DNA of 64,000 nt, taken from Octopus sinensis (Eukaryota). Both the position numbers and the translations under genes were made by a program. Where the stretch lies: NCBI RefSeq assembly GCF_006345805.1, contig NC_043006.1, forward strand, positions 104,408,001-104,472,000, written 5' to 3'. Position 1 is the stretch's first letter; each line of letters begins with the position of its first letter. The notes beneath the pieces are model-generated. The model saw nothing but the letters and a program-made list of their open reading frames with translations. It did not search any database and was not told the DNA's origin. This document shows positions 23,643-39,806 of this stretch, piece by piece.

Positions 23643-25739
23643 ACATTCGAATACTTAAATATACATATACACACATATATATGTACGGATGCACATGACT
23701 GGTTTAATTGCTTGTCAATACTCCACGTGCTATATGGTCAAACTACCACCGCAGTGAATATAATTACGAATATAATGCGGGGTATAATGCTCATAACAAA
23801 ACGCAACAAAGTGCCTGGTACATAATTTATTAAATATACATATATATATATATATATAATATAAAACACCTTATAGACAGCGTTAGTCAATGGAAGTGAA
23901 ATGAAATTTTAAAACTTATTCTCTGTGTCCAGCCCGGTACCAAATGATTTACCAACCAGTACTGGTTTGCGGCACGGTGCTTGGGGACCCCTGGTCTATA
24001 ATATATCTTCAGCTATATGACATATTTGAAGCCAAATGTCATTCTACGAGTTAGAATATTTCCTATCTTGTCTTCCTTTTCTTACCAAATTATATACAAT
24101 GGCAATTATTCATTTAAGATATGCTGCAGTAATAATACAGGGTTATCATAACCCACTTAAATAGTCTCTGCATAGCCTCAATAGTTGCTTTCTACTACTA
24201 TCAATCTTTTGAAAGTCATAATAATATGCTTACGTTTATATAATTTTCTAAACATAGTTTAAAACGACGAGAGAGAGAGACATTTCAGGTTGAATAGATT
24301 TCTTTGAGATTATATCAAAGCATCTGAATTGAATCTCCTTTATAACGGTTGGCTGTCTTGTTGCATTATATTTTGTGGTTCGGTAGAAATAAAATATGAC
24401 ACCGTTTTCCAAATTCACTGCACCCGGTCTCTTAGTGTGAAAGCTAAACCCATTATAGTCTATACAATAGGATATGGTGTCCATATATAGGTTTCGTAAT
24501 TCGCACCGTTTTTATAAGTCCTTCCAGAAATTATGTTTGACATTTCGGACTGGAGGAATCGTAAATACTCGAAAGAGAAAAGCATGAAGGAAAGCAAAAT
24601 TTTTCATTCTTGACTTGATGCTTTTGTTTCTTTATATTTTGGTTATTAGCATATATATTTTGACAAAACGCTAATAAAAATGTTGAACATCTGATTTCTG
24701 TCACATTTTCATTACGAGAGTTGGCTGGTCAATTGGAATTCTCTAGCGGGTACTTGACAATAATTATTAGCATAATCAATAGTACATGACATAATTAAAG
24801 CTTGAATGCAGGGTACAGAGAAAATAACCGTCCTTATATCAGTTTTGTGATTCAATCCGTTATGACATATCTCTTAAAATTACGTCGGAATTGTCAAAAA
24901 AAGATTTAAATATTCAAAAGCGAAACAATAAAGGAAAACAATTTGGGGCGGGGTTATTTCCATTATATAGTTTTATATTTCTGAAGTTACTTCATATCTT
25001 GAGCAAATGTTTACCAAAAATTTCAGCATCTAATTTCGTCATTATAATTACAGATTGGTATAAATTGCAAACCCACGCAAAAGGATGAAAGGCAAATTTG
25101 ACCTCGACAGAATTTGAACTGAGTAGGTAAAGAATGGCAATTTGCCGGTGTGCTTGCGTTTCTGTTGGCTCACCGTCCTGCTACTGGGAAAATGTCCATC
25201 CTGTCAAGTTACCTCTACAGACAAATATTTCACTAACATAACATACTAAATGCCAAAATCAAATCTTGGAGCGTTAGGAAAGTTTCTTTCATGTTACTTA
25301 GCCATTCCCTGTATATAAGGCGTTAGAAAAATATCCAGAATAGTGAAAGCGTTGTGATTCCTTTCTGCTGATTAAGTTGCCTGAGAAATATTATTGCTAA
25401 TCACAAAGAAATTTTGGCAGCTTCTTCAACTGATTTCTGATATTTTCACTTTAATTTCATAATCTCTATGAGCCCGAATATGCTCCTATCGGAAGGAGTT
25501 AGTAATAATGATTTGAGGAAGTATTCTAGAAACAGGGACTGAATATTTTCTGCTGGTTCTGCAAGATCTTTCGGATTGCAATAGATATTTTATTGGTTGA
25601 AAGATATTTCGACAGCAAGTCTCTCTTTGTTGGTTTCAAAATAAAAATTGATAAAAATTCAAAATTAGAGAAACTCAAATCTAAAGTAGGAACGAAAGTA
25701 ACCAGCGTCCACACTTTGATGGAATGACATCACCGGTCT

Positions 25740-27200
25740 TTAAGTTTCAATTTTATAACTGGCGAAAAGAAAAAGACAGTAAAAAAGAGGGAAAAAAGGT
25801 AACAAAGCAGAAAAGGAAAAAGAATAATAATTAATCAGTTTTGTATAAATTTGATGATATTCTTCTGTCATTTTATTCATTCTTCCAGTGCGTGATATCA
25901 ATAACCCGCAAATATATTTCTCCTCATGAATTTTGAGTATTGAAAGTGAAGCAGATTCAGAATATTTTCTGAGAATATGCACTTTCAAGTCTTTTTCAAA
26001 ATTGCAGCCGCTTGAAATGAAATGTTCAGCAAGTTCTGTCGAGCTACTGTTATTGTGCCTGACGTCGAATCTGTGCCTATTAAATCTATTCTTTAATTGT
26101 TCTGCTGCATAACCAACATAAATTAAGCTGTGTTTCATGCATTCTGCAGCGTACACCAAACGGGAATCTCTACATGTCCCACTTTCTGTATAAATCATAA
26201 CATTTCCATCATGATTCCTGATGGAATTCACTTGACTCATGTTGTTGCACAATGAACAGGGCTTACCTCTCTTGCGGATACTACAGGGTGCAGATACTCC
26301 AATGTTCATTTTCTTGGATTCAGAAATAGAGGTCAATGATTCACTTATATTTTTATTCCGTCTAAAGGCTACAATATTTGACTGAGGAAATATTTGTTTG
26401 AAACGAGGATATTTTTTCGCAACATGCTAGTAACTTTCAGGCAACACTTTGGAAATGACAGCAAAATTTCGGTGCCAGTTAATCACTAAAATAATTCTGT
26501 TACATATTGTATTGTGTTTTCTAAAATTATGCGTGAAGTTTTCATTTTCTTTGCTAATCTTAGCTATCTCATCTGCTATTTCCAGTGAATCGTGATTTAA
26601 TTTAACTGCGTTTGACATAATGGTGTGTAAAAGCATTTGCATGTTTCCAGTAATCCCCTATGTCAGTAGAAATCCATTTTATTCTCAAAAATTGGGATTT
26701 CTGATTTGACCGAAATTATATGATTTGGTTGATCGGAGTGGCTGTGGTGAACGTGGGATGACGTGGGCTATAAAATAATTCTGTTACAATTCTGTCTCCA
26801 GGAAACTTAACTCTTGTATCCAAGAAAAAAAAAGACAAAGCTAGTTTTTGAAAGACTAGACGTAACTTTTATTTGGGACTTAGTTTTAAGCATAACAGTC
26901 ACAGAAATACAAGAAATCAGTTAAACTATTCTGTGATTCTTCCCAAACAAAAAAAAAGGCGTCATCAGTGAACTGTAACTAGAGCAGTGGTTCATGAGCA
27001 TGTTTGGATTTGAATGTCTCATATTTCGTCATGAAGACCTCAGCAAAATTAGCTGCCATGGGGGTACCCATGGCGCAACCTCTCGTCTGGTGATAAATTT
27101 TTGTCCAGACTTCATTGTGTTACTTTGTAACACAAACCTCAATAACCTACAGAGGAAATTTAATGGAATAATTTTGTTTGACCGTTTTTCGAAGGCGCTG
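25740..27200 (-). mobile_element. Penelope-like element relic, probably Neptune-type (RT domains 4-5, thumb, Cys-rich linker, GIY-YIG)
   Basis: YHQTRGCAMGTPMAANFAEVFM...FTDDAFF (RT); RIILVINWH...FPQSNIVAFRRNKN; PC...CSLC linker; LVYAAECMKHSLIYVG...LKNRFNRH (GIY-YIG; ORF 25740-26336). Confidence 0.85.
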
Positions 27201-27217
27201 TCTGGTACTGCACCAGG

Positions 27218-27300
<83 letters not shown>

Positions 27301-27431
27301 CATCATCATCATCATCACCATTACAATCATTATTATACATAGACACAATACATACATATATTCTCATAAGAATGTATAAAAACGTACATGCATCGCAGTT
27401 ACAAATATATGTCTATATTTATCTAATTATA

Positions 27432-27494
<63 letters not shown>

Positions 27495-28459
27495 GTACCC
27501 CTTATCTTCCAATGTGTTCTTGAGTGCGTGCCAGCTAAAAACTCTCTCTCTCTAGTGACACGTTCTTCCGAGCGGATCTAATGTTGATCAGTTGAGTGAG
27601 ACATAAGACTTCGGTGCATCTTCTGTTCTTCTATTTAACTGATTAATTGAACCAATCAGTTAATGTGTGTGAAACTAACCGAATCACTTGTAGAAAATCT
27701 CCTCCCACTTCTTTCAGTCCAACCCAATCAAAAACAGAATGCTTCAGTGATGTTTACAAAAGACTCAACAGAAAAGATACAGCTGCAAGCTTTGAAGATT
27801 TGATGTCACGTCTTTGATACAATATTTATTGAATTCTTACAGTGAAACGCAAAGAGAAATGTAAAGATCAAGGATTCTATCTAGCAGTTCAGTATTTTTC
27901 TTTTTATTCGTGCGAGTGTGTACAGAGTTGAACTGGGTTTGTGCTAGCGCCTTCGCTGTCCGAGTTTAAGACATTAAGTTACAGATTGTCAGCTCAAAAA
28001 ATTATTTCAAAGTTGGGGCACACGGCCAGCAATTTCAGAGGAGGGAGTTAGACCATTACATAAACCGCAGTGCTCAACTAGTATTTATTTTATTTTATCG
28101 ATCCTGATTCCAAGAAGATTCTGCTGTTCATTCCTTCATTTTATAATTCTTGAAATATACATAATTGTAGAGTGTCAAGTTCACAATTTAAAGTTTTAGA
28201 ATTTCTCTCTAAAATCTTTCTCAGATCCACTTTTATACACTTTTTGTTTGTGCTGATCGGATTCGGCTTCGTTGGTCAGTATTAAGTAGTCATCTAGTTT
28301 TTAGTTACTTGTTATTTACTTCATCCGTTTCTCTCGTTCTAGTTCTATCTTCGGTTACATTCCCAGTGTTCCTACTTGTATTAGTTGTTTCGAATTCACT
28401 TCTTGTTTTTTCTTGATATATCTTTTGAACGCTGTTTTGTAAAATTTCAGATATAGTTT

Positions 28460-28878
28460 ACGCTTTCAGTGGGCATCTTCTTAAGTTATGTTCAGGCTAT
28501 TTTCCTTCTGACTACCTCAAACTCCACCTGTCTAACACCCGTGGACATGTTTACAAGGTCAGAAAACAGCACAACTCCCATGACTTTAGGAAACATTTTT
28601 TCACGCTAAGAGTTGCTGAAGCATGGAACAAGGTGCCGGCATCAGTTGTTAGTTGTCGGAGCACTGCATCCTCCAAAACTTCCATGCTTCAAAACTTCCA
28701 TGCCACCACTACACCTGATTTTTTCCCCTCCATACACACGCAAGCATGTATCTGACTCATACACTGTTCACTTCCCAGACATTTGTACATTAAGGAACAT
28801 GCTTTATACGCAATTTTTAACAAGTTGCGGTGCACCTGAGCACTGTATACAATAATTTCATTATTATTATTATTATTG
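28460..28878 (+). mobile_element. CR1 LINE 3' end with (ATT)n tail
   Basis: NTRGHVYKVRK...RKHFFTLRVAEAWNKVPASVV, the CR1 C-terminal signature. Confidence 0.8.
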
Positions 28879-29526
28879 ATATATCATCGCATTTTCAATC
28901 TTTGGGTCAATCTTGTATGTAAAATATTCATGTGGCATACAGGCATGTTCGTTTCGAGTCCCTTTATAGCTTTATGGCTTTCTTGTTTTATATACGAATC
29001 TTCAAGATTAAAGCCCGACCTTATAGTCTTTTCCATCATGTACTGGTCAATTTAATTCTGCCCATGTTGATTTTTCCCAACTGCCAAGTCTCGTACTTTT
29101 TGTGTAACAAATTCAAATTAAGCATTACTCTATTAATAAACTTGGGCTGAATGATAGGCTTTTTTCCTCGAATTATATGTTACTACTGTATGAGATGTTA
29201 GTATGAAGAACAGATCGGTTTGGTGTTGATATGGTCTGCGCTCTGACCTAGTGTTTAAGAGTAGTGATATCGCATAATACTGTAAACTCTTATAATGCAT
29301 CAATTATGTACAATAATTACCAATATGATTTAGAGGCTGTTATGCAGCTCTTCTTCAACAGTTTCGCTAATTTTCATGATTTGCTCTTTTATAATTGTGA
29401 TTATAAGATATTTTCCGAAGCAATGAAACCGCATTCTACCGAGTTAAATGTACCTTATAATAGTTTATTAGACTGCCCTAACGCTAGTTTCTTAAAAGTC
29501 CTAGGATTGCTATTATTATTATTATT

Positions 29527-32021
<2,495 letters not shown>

Positions 32022-32029
32022 TATTATTA

Positions 32030-32460
32030 TTTACTTTTAATCTGCATGTTTGTTACAATCACTCGCTGAAACACACACACAGCGTTCTATGGCGAATGAA
32101 GGATAAGTGATATTACAGTACAACTGAAAGCTTGGGGTGGGGAGGCATGTGACCGGGGCAGTAGCGAAATATCTTCATGTAATACGACAAAGACATTGAA
32201 ATTAAGAGGGTTTTTCTAAGGATGTGGGCAGTACATGACAGCACAATCTTTGGGGTTTCTCTGAGACATGATTCTCCCGGGATATTATCTAGATGTTTCT
32301 GACATCCCATTCTTATCATACCAAGGGCACTCTCCATAGTAGGAAGGGTTCTAGCTTTAAGATGTCACATCTTTTGTATTTCAATTTCCAGGCCCTTGTA
32401 TCTCCTTAATTTGTCAAATTCCTTTACAGATATATTTTCATCAGCGGGAACACTGACATC
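32030..32460 (-). mobile_element. Dong/R4 3' fragment (RLE C-terminus and 3' UTR)
   Basis: IDVSVPADENISVKEFDKLRRYKGLEIEI...TAHILRKTL. Confidence 0.8.
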
Positions 32461-32635
32461 TATTTAACTGGTTAAGGTCAAACAACTGACAAGCAAATCT
32501 GTGGTATTGAGCAGAATATTTGTTGTAGCCCATCATTTATACCAAGACAAAACAATGTACATGATAACCCTTGCAATCAGTTAAGATCTGAAGCTATGAG
32601 AGCCGCTGTTTGGTAGTGCATCAGGGTATTTTATT
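32461..32635 (-). mobile_element. TAA family 5' portion, fused to the R4 fragment at 32030-32460
   Basis: Matches the 5' part seen at 53690-53900. Confidence 0.7.
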
Positions 32636-32644
32636 ATTATTTAT

Positions 32645-33500
32645 TGTCTTTGCGCAGCTCCTAACGCTGGAGATGTACTACGGTGCCAGATGTTCACTAT
32701 CAATGAACTAAGGTAACACTCCTTATAATTTTTAGCGCAATCAGTAGTATTCGAGTGGTTCCAAGCAGTGCTGTTTTCTGCAAGTGCTCCACCCGTATTG
32801 CAACCCCTATTTGTTCCATGTACTTTTCAAAATGTTTACTCACTGTTCTCAGGGCTTCGACAATTATTGGTATTCCTACCACCTTTTTGATCGACCACAA
32901 TTGCTTAACCTCACAAGCTAACCTGTCATAACTATCGATGTTTTCTTTCTTCCTTATCACATACCTTGTTGTCAGCTGGGCATGCTGTATCTATGATCCA
33001 GCATCGTTTACTTTCTTTCTCAATTAACACTATGTCTGGCTTCTATATCATGGTCACAATGAATCATAAAATCCAACAAGATCTTTGCATTATCATATTC
33101 GATAATGTCTTCGGGTTTATGTTCGTACCAACTTTTTGCTCTGTCAAGTCCAATTTTATTGCAAAGTGTCCAATGGACAACCCTTGCTATATTGTCATGA
33201 CGTCTCTTATATTCTTTCTGGGTTATTGGCGTACATTGACTGGTAATATGTCATAAGGTTTCATCACTTTGTCCACATATTCTACACTTATCACTTTCTG
33301 TTTTGTTGTCTATTCTGTATTTTATGTAGTTTGTTCTTAATGCTTGCTCTTGGGCAGCACAGATTATAGCCATTATTTTTTCTCTGTCTGTCTTATCTTA
33401 AACATCCCCATGAAATTGTCCATGCATTCTTTTGTTTATCCACCTCTTTTCAATTTATAAGAAATTACAATGTGATCCCATTTCTTTTACGGTATCAAGC
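32645..33500 (-). mobile_element. Dong/R4 3' fragment (CCHC and RLE region, decayed)
   Basis: AIICAAQEQALRTN, RRHD..ARVVHW, YDRLACEVKQLW...LQKTALLGT.RIL. Confidence 0.85.
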
Positions 33501-35556
33501 ATCAGTGATGACAATAATTAAGAGTACTCATTTTACCTCCGACACCATTCACCCCATGCACCTAGTTTGGTATAGTTGCAGCCTGTTCAACCGTTGAAAA
33601 TTTTTTCTTCGCTCTAAACATTAAACTTTCTTTCACGCGCCTCTTTTCTGTCAGTGAGGAGGAACTTTCTGCTTCCTGCTTCGATTAGTACAGCATTGAT
33701 ATCCGATCGTTCTTTGTTCCAAAACAAACCATGTATGATATTGCGAATTTGGCTACAAGCCTACAATATCCCACTTCTACCAGAATCGCCATTGCTTCGC
33801 ACATTGCCCGAATTCTTCATATTTTAGGCCATTCTTTTCATGTGCCTACGCCATGTTGCCTTCTCAAGGCATCCATTCCGAAATCAGAAGTTTAATGCCA
33901 CGTTTGATCATCCAATAAGGTCAAGGTGTTTCTTCGTTATAACAAGATGACTTGAAAACTTGAGCGCATCCGTCAAATCCATATCTGTCTTCCAACTATC
34001 AGTAGAACTTGCTTCAATAATGCTACTAGAAATTGTTTCAATGAAACGTCTAGAAATTCTTTCAACGATACTGCCAGAACATGCTTCAATGATACTTTCA
34101 GAAATTGCTTTAACAATACTGCCACAAATTTGATTCAACCGTGCTGCCTGAACTTGCTATGGTAACCCACAATGTTCCCCAGCCCCATTAAGAAGCAATA
34201 GATAGCATCACAGCAAATAATAAATGTTAGACTTATTGCATTCAAAGCATACCAAATCACGAATAAATACGACTGTACCAGCAGAATAATAACCAACAAA
34301 AGCCGAATTAGAAGTACTTGAACTGAATCAAAATAAGATGGAATATGAGAAAGTTTTAATAATAAAATAGTAGAAGCGGGTAAAATAGGGCTGAGTCAAT
34401 AAATTCCAACTGAAAATAGTTAACCAATTAACATCAAACAGGAAATATTCCAGCTGACAAACGTGAGTGGCGGCACTCAAACGATAACACTAAATAAAAT
34501 AAATCTACAATAATACTACAGTAGGTATCAAACTTAGTCGTCGTGGACTTAATGAAACTAAATGAACATCAATATCTCCAAAATAAGTCAATTTATATAT
34601 GCTTCAATCTGAGCAGTTACAAAGAGATGTAGGTAATTCCTCTGAATTAATGATCTAAAACAAAGGAATAAAAACAACACAGAAAAAGATAGACAATAAT
34701 AGCAAGGAAATATTTAATCATTAATGAAATCAATAATCAAAAGATACAACTAACAAATAGACCATAGACAAAAACTATAAACATAAACTATAACACTAAA
34801 GAGTACCTGGAATCAAAGAACATCTAAAGCAAAAGTCCCTTGCTATATCGCAAAGAATCGGCAAGTATGAAAAGCAACAACAATTCTTCAAACAAATTAG
34901 TGTGATTTCGACTCAAAATGATTTTATCTATCAAAAATGAGAATCAAACGAAAATCAATAAAATAACAACACGAGGAATAAAACAATGTGTGTGTGTGTG
35001 TGTGTGTGTATTGGCAGCGAAGGAGCAACAATGTAAGAGAAAGATTAAAACAATACGTATAGCAGCTAAATAATTTGCACTATTATAGGAAATTTCAATA
35101 ACACAAAATGTAGCCCAGATGTTACGTCGAATGAACTATAAAAGGTTACCAAGAAAAGATAATTTTTCAAACATCCAGTTTTGAATATTAACGAACGCAC
35201 ACAAATGAATTGCTAGAAATATATTCAAAAGCTTTTCTGAACATAACAAGAAAACTAAAACACAAGAATAGCTCGCTGAAGGGAAATCCCTATTAATCTC
35301 CATTACTACAGACAAATCATAAGTGTGAGACATCACTCATACGAAACGTGGGGCAACTGGCACTATTATAGTTAATGTAGGAAGGAAACAAGATTTAATT
35401 AATTAATAATTATACAGCGAGAACCAAGTAAGAACAAATAAAGTTAACATCAGTAATGTCCCAGAAGGTAAACGGTTACCTGAGAAGAAAAACTAGGTTG
35501 AATGAAAAAGAAACGAAACGAAGAAATTCCGGAAATATATAAAAGAAAATTACTAT

Positions 35557-35728
35557 AGGCGCAGGAGTGGCTGTGTGGTAAGTAGCTTGCTAACCAACCA
35601 CATGGTTCCGGGTTCAGTCCCACTGCGTGGCATCTTGGGCAAGTGTCTTCTGCTATAGCCCCGGGCCGACCAATGCCTTGTGAGTGGATTTCGTAGACGG
35701 AAACTGAAAGAAGCCTGTCGTATATATG

Positions 35729-35761
<33 letters not shown>

Positions 35762-35975
35762 GTGTTTGTGTGTCTGTGTTTGTCCCCCTAGCATTGCTTG
35801 ATAACCGATGCTGGTGTGTTTACGTCCCCGTCACTTAGCGGTTCGGCAAAGAGACCGATATAATAAGTACTGGGCTTACAAAGAATAAGTCGCGGGGTCG
35901 ATTTGCTCGACTAAAGGCGGTGCTCCAGCATGGCCGCAGTCAAATGACTGAAACAAGTAAAAGAGTAAAAGAGTA
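35557..35975 (+). mobile_element. SINE family B, full-length young copy
   Basis: Intact tRNA-like head (GGCTGTGTGG / GGTTCAGTCCC), body and GAGTAAAA-repeat tail. Confidence 0.9.
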
Positions 35976-37149
35976 ACTAAATCCTAATGTGTGATAAGAA
36001 GACAGAAATGTTTGAGAAAGACATGGATTGAATATAAGGATGTTGTGCTTATTCCATGAAGATATACATGAAGATATACATGGCTTTCCATGAAGATATA
36101 CATGGCTTTTCAGCAGTGTGAACTGTAGCTGTTGGGCATCAATATGACGTCGGGAGTAAGTAGACTGTTACTAAAAGTCGCTAACGTTACCTGAAATAAA
36201 GCAGATATTTAATGATTATGTGAACGATTTGCTTAACAAAGGTTATGTATATCTGCAAGATGGATAGCTTATCTACTGCATTGGTAACCGTATACTTTAA
36301 ATGAAAGCTCTTGTTTGCACCCGGTTGTGGTGGAGCTGTTGGGGAAGGACGCGTACAAGTGGAGCCTCATCGATACCCTCATTCCAATAATATTGTAGAC
36401 ATAACTTTCTTGTCGATCAGCGGGCCGTATATGCTTATTGTAGAAATATTAGCCATAAGGAAGACAGCAGCAATAATAAAGAGGCATATCAATAATATGA
36501 TTGATATATGGTAAACAATTTCACGAAACAAATTCTGGAGGGTATTATATAAATGCTTTCGTTGCCAATTAAAAAAGCAATATGCCAATGCAGAAATTTT
36601 GTACCCACTCCTTAACATTCCAATTGTTTACTAGCATGCTCATCTAATTAGTCTTGGATAGAAATTTTATGGAAGCACAATTAACCATACTTCATGTATA
36701 GATGAACTCAAGGTGCACTCTGCAGATAATAAACAAATTTAAGCACGTTCGTAGACAGTTTTCCGATTCACTTGACGAATATATTTGAAATTCTGTGGAG
36801 AAAATGCAACAAGACAACCTGCAAACGAGGCGAAATCAACCAAAAATTACATGTATGTATCAATATTTATTTAACACTATATACACATGAATGCATACAT
36901 ATATACAGATGTGTGAGTGTGTGTGTGTGAGGGGCGCATGGCCTCGTAGTCAGGGCTTGGAACTAACTATCGCGAGATTCTGATTTCAGTATTTGGGCTG
37001 GGTAGTGCATTTTGTCCTTAAGCAAAACACTTAATTTCACGTAACAATGCGATCGCTTCGAGACCTGGCACCTAGCCCACAGTGCGCCTGACCAGGAAAC
37101 ATCGAATTTTGTGGAGGGAGTGAGGTACTGTACAGCAATCTATTTTTCT

Positions 37150-37383
37150 ATTTTTTGAACAGTGGCTGTGTGTCACTCTGAAAACTGTATGTTCGAACGG
37201 TGGATTCGGAAACGCCATCAACTCTTTGTTGATAAAGGCTAATAACTCAGAAACTAGTCCTCGGATGTTAGTTTTGCGCTGGGTGGAAGTGCTGAGCTCC
37301 CTGTTCGAAAATATAAGGACACAGACAGTGTGTCGTATAGCCAGCTAGAAACGATGTTTCTTGGGGCTAAAACAACAGTAAGA

Positions 37384-37385
<2 letters not shown>
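37150..37385 (+). mobile_element. Dispersed copy of the family gamma unit with a fossil hammerhead at 37224-37264
   Basis: TTGATAA-AGG...-GAAA-CTAG-TC and GTCGTATAGCCAGCTAGAAAC.ATGTTTCTT match the reverse complement of 10770-10870. Confidence 0.6.
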
Positions 37386-37446
<61 letters not shown>

Positions 37447-37639
37447 GGTGGTGGTGGTGGTAGTGGTACTGTGACGCATTCATTACCTGGTGGTAGGAAT
37501 ATTTCAATTCCTAGAGCGGATGCTTCGTTGTGTTCTTGAATAAATCACTTCATCTCATGTTGCTTTACGATCTCTTCGACACCCGACGCGTGCTAGACAG
37601 TGGGTTGTATTATTGAAATGATAGTGTCTTGCATAGGAT

Positions 37640-38050
37640 GAGAGCTGTTTCTACAAGGGCTATTTTTTTTTTAGATAGTGTGTAGTGTTCAGGGTCCAGG
37701 TATAACTTCTACGCTTTTGTTCATACATACACAATGCTCCAGTTTTTACTGGTATTGTTTTGACCTTCATGCTCCACATCTTGAAATTTCTCCGCTTCAT
37801 TTTGGCAATATTGCGGTCGGAAGGGACTGCAAAGACTATCAGTATGTAGGCGTTCTTTTCCAATCCTTGATTATCATGTCTGGACGGTTTCCTTTTATTT
37901 CTTTGTCAGTTTGAACAGGCATATCCCAGATGATTATTGCCTGGTTGCTGTCATGTACCTTGTTGGGCACATAAATATACCATTACTAGACAGTTTTTAT
38001 GTTGTACTGCTGGGACGTATTGTCCTTTGGATATAACTACTCACTCGGTC
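37640..38050 (-). mobile_element. Dong/R4 RLE fragment
   Basis: TDKEIKGNRPDMII...LIVFAVPSDRNIA..., KVKTIPV..GAL. Confidence 0.75.
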
Positions 38051-38057
38051 ATGTCTT

Positions 38058-38145
<88 letters not shown>

Positions 38146-38247
38146 GAGAAAGAAGCAACAAGAATGGATTGGTTTTTAGTACAATTGTTTCATACAAAGA
38201 CAGGCTTTATTACAAGTTGCAAAAATTGCAGCAGATAAATTGCTTTG

Positions 38248-38312
<65 letters not shown>

Positions 38313-38332
38313 TACATATATACATACATACA

Positions 38333-38368
<36 letters not shown>

Positions 38369-38374
38369 TTCGAG

Positions 38375-38560
38375 CACCTTTCGGAGTATTCAAGCAGTTC
38401 CAAGCAGTGCTGTTTTCTGCAAGTGCTCCACTCTTATATATAATGCCTGCACAAACGATTAAAAAGTGCATTTTGTGCACTAATTAGGAAATCATATGAT
38501 CTGCGGATAAATCACTTTTTAATGAGCTTGCTTCAAGAGTTGTATTCCCTCGCGTTCCGT
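38375..38560 (-). mobile_element. Dong/R4 extreme 3' coding fragment
   Basis: Homologous to 39890-39960 (VEHLQKTA.LGTA.ILRK). Confidence 0.6.
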
Positions 38561-38634
38561 ACACTGCATATATTATGGTAGTTTTGACTTTAAGAGTCCC
38601 TCATAGCGTGAGGCATTTATGTGTAGTAATGCCC

Positions 38635-38701
<67 letters not shown>

Positions 38702-38769
38702 TAGCCACTACACACATTTTTTCTCTCCTTGTTTTTTCTGTGTCCCTTTCTGTAGAAGAACGTAGTTGT

Positions 38770-39400
38770 TCGTAGACAGAAATTGTTCTTGTGCATCGAA
38801 AATCAGTCCTTTCGTTTCAGCTTTTAGTCTAGAGCTTTTGAGTCGTTGTTGGCTTTTACTTAAGCTCACTTATTTTCTGTCAAACCTTACAGGCTATTGG
38901 TCAAGGAGTGATTCTTCTCTACATTTCTTGTTTAGTACGGTTTGTAGTTCTATTTTCATCTTTTTCTTTCATTTTGTCTCTTTGACCATATCTGATGTCA
39001 GTGTATCAGTACAGTTGCGTTTCTGTTTTGTATTTTATCACCTCCCTGTGTATAGAAAAAAACGTTTTCTTTTTCTCGTGTAGTAGTCTTCCACTTTTTG
39101 CTTCTAAGCACTTTTCTAATCCTACTGTTTTGTAGTAGTTCTTTATCTGTGTCAGGACACGACCTCCTTCTGAGCAGGGTAGATATATTCTGTCTGTGTC
39201 TGCTTTGGGGTAGTGAATTCAGTATGCTGTTAATAGTTTTCTGGGTTTTCTAAGTTTCTCAATTCCCTGATCTCCCATTTTATTATGTTAAAGCTGTAAT
39301 TCATGACTGCTATGACTTAGCGTCTTTATCCCAATTGTCATATTTTTGGCATTGAGCTCAGAGTTTGTATTAGTCTAACTCTTTTGTAATACTCTCTCCT
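38770..39400 (-). mobile_element. Dong/R4 RT-thumb fragment
   Basis: EIRREYYKRVRL, AVMNYSFNIIKW, PKADTDRIYL..SEGGR.L, LKAETKGLIFDAQEQ.L.TNN. Confidence 0.75.
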
Positions 39401-39469
39401 AATTTTCTATTATTATTATTAATAATTAATATTATAATATTATTATATTATTAATTATTATTATTGTTG

Positions 39470-39660
39470 TCATTTACTTTTAATCTGCATGTTTGATGCA
39501 ATCACTTGCCGGGGCACACCCAGCGCCCTAGGGCAAGGGAAGGTTAAGAGTTGTTGAAATATAGCTGAAAGCTTGGAGAGGGGAAGTAGAGAAATATCTC
39601 CATGTAATACAAACACAAACATTTACATTGATAGGGTTTTTCTAAGGATGTGGGCAGATT
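39470..39660 (-). mobile_element. Dong/R4 3' UTR fragment
   Basis: Homologous to 32030-32230. Confidence 0.65.
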
Positions 39661-39668
39661 ATTATTAT

Positions 39669-39710
<42 letters not shown>

Positions 39711-39720
39711 AATAATAATA

Positions 39721-39806
<86 letters not shown>

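Noticed and set aside
24248-24484. Protein-like ORF (YNGFSFHTKRPGAVNLENGVIFYFY...)
   Set aside because: No usable splice donor and no recognisable domain.
25725-25785. Possible hammerhead at the 3' end of the Neptune-type relic (GAAAC-TTA-AAGAC on the minus strand)
   Set aside because: No CTGANGA-like core can be found.
27718-27820. Possible terminal exon after a good acceptor (ttctttcag|; PTQSKTECFSDVYKRLNRKDTAASFEDLMSRL*)
   Set aside because: Two frames are similarly open, no homology was recognised and there is no partner exon.
36311-36618. Overlapping ORFs, one with a hydrophobic TM-like stretch
   Set aside because: Short, unrecognised and consistent with chance in AT-rich DNA.
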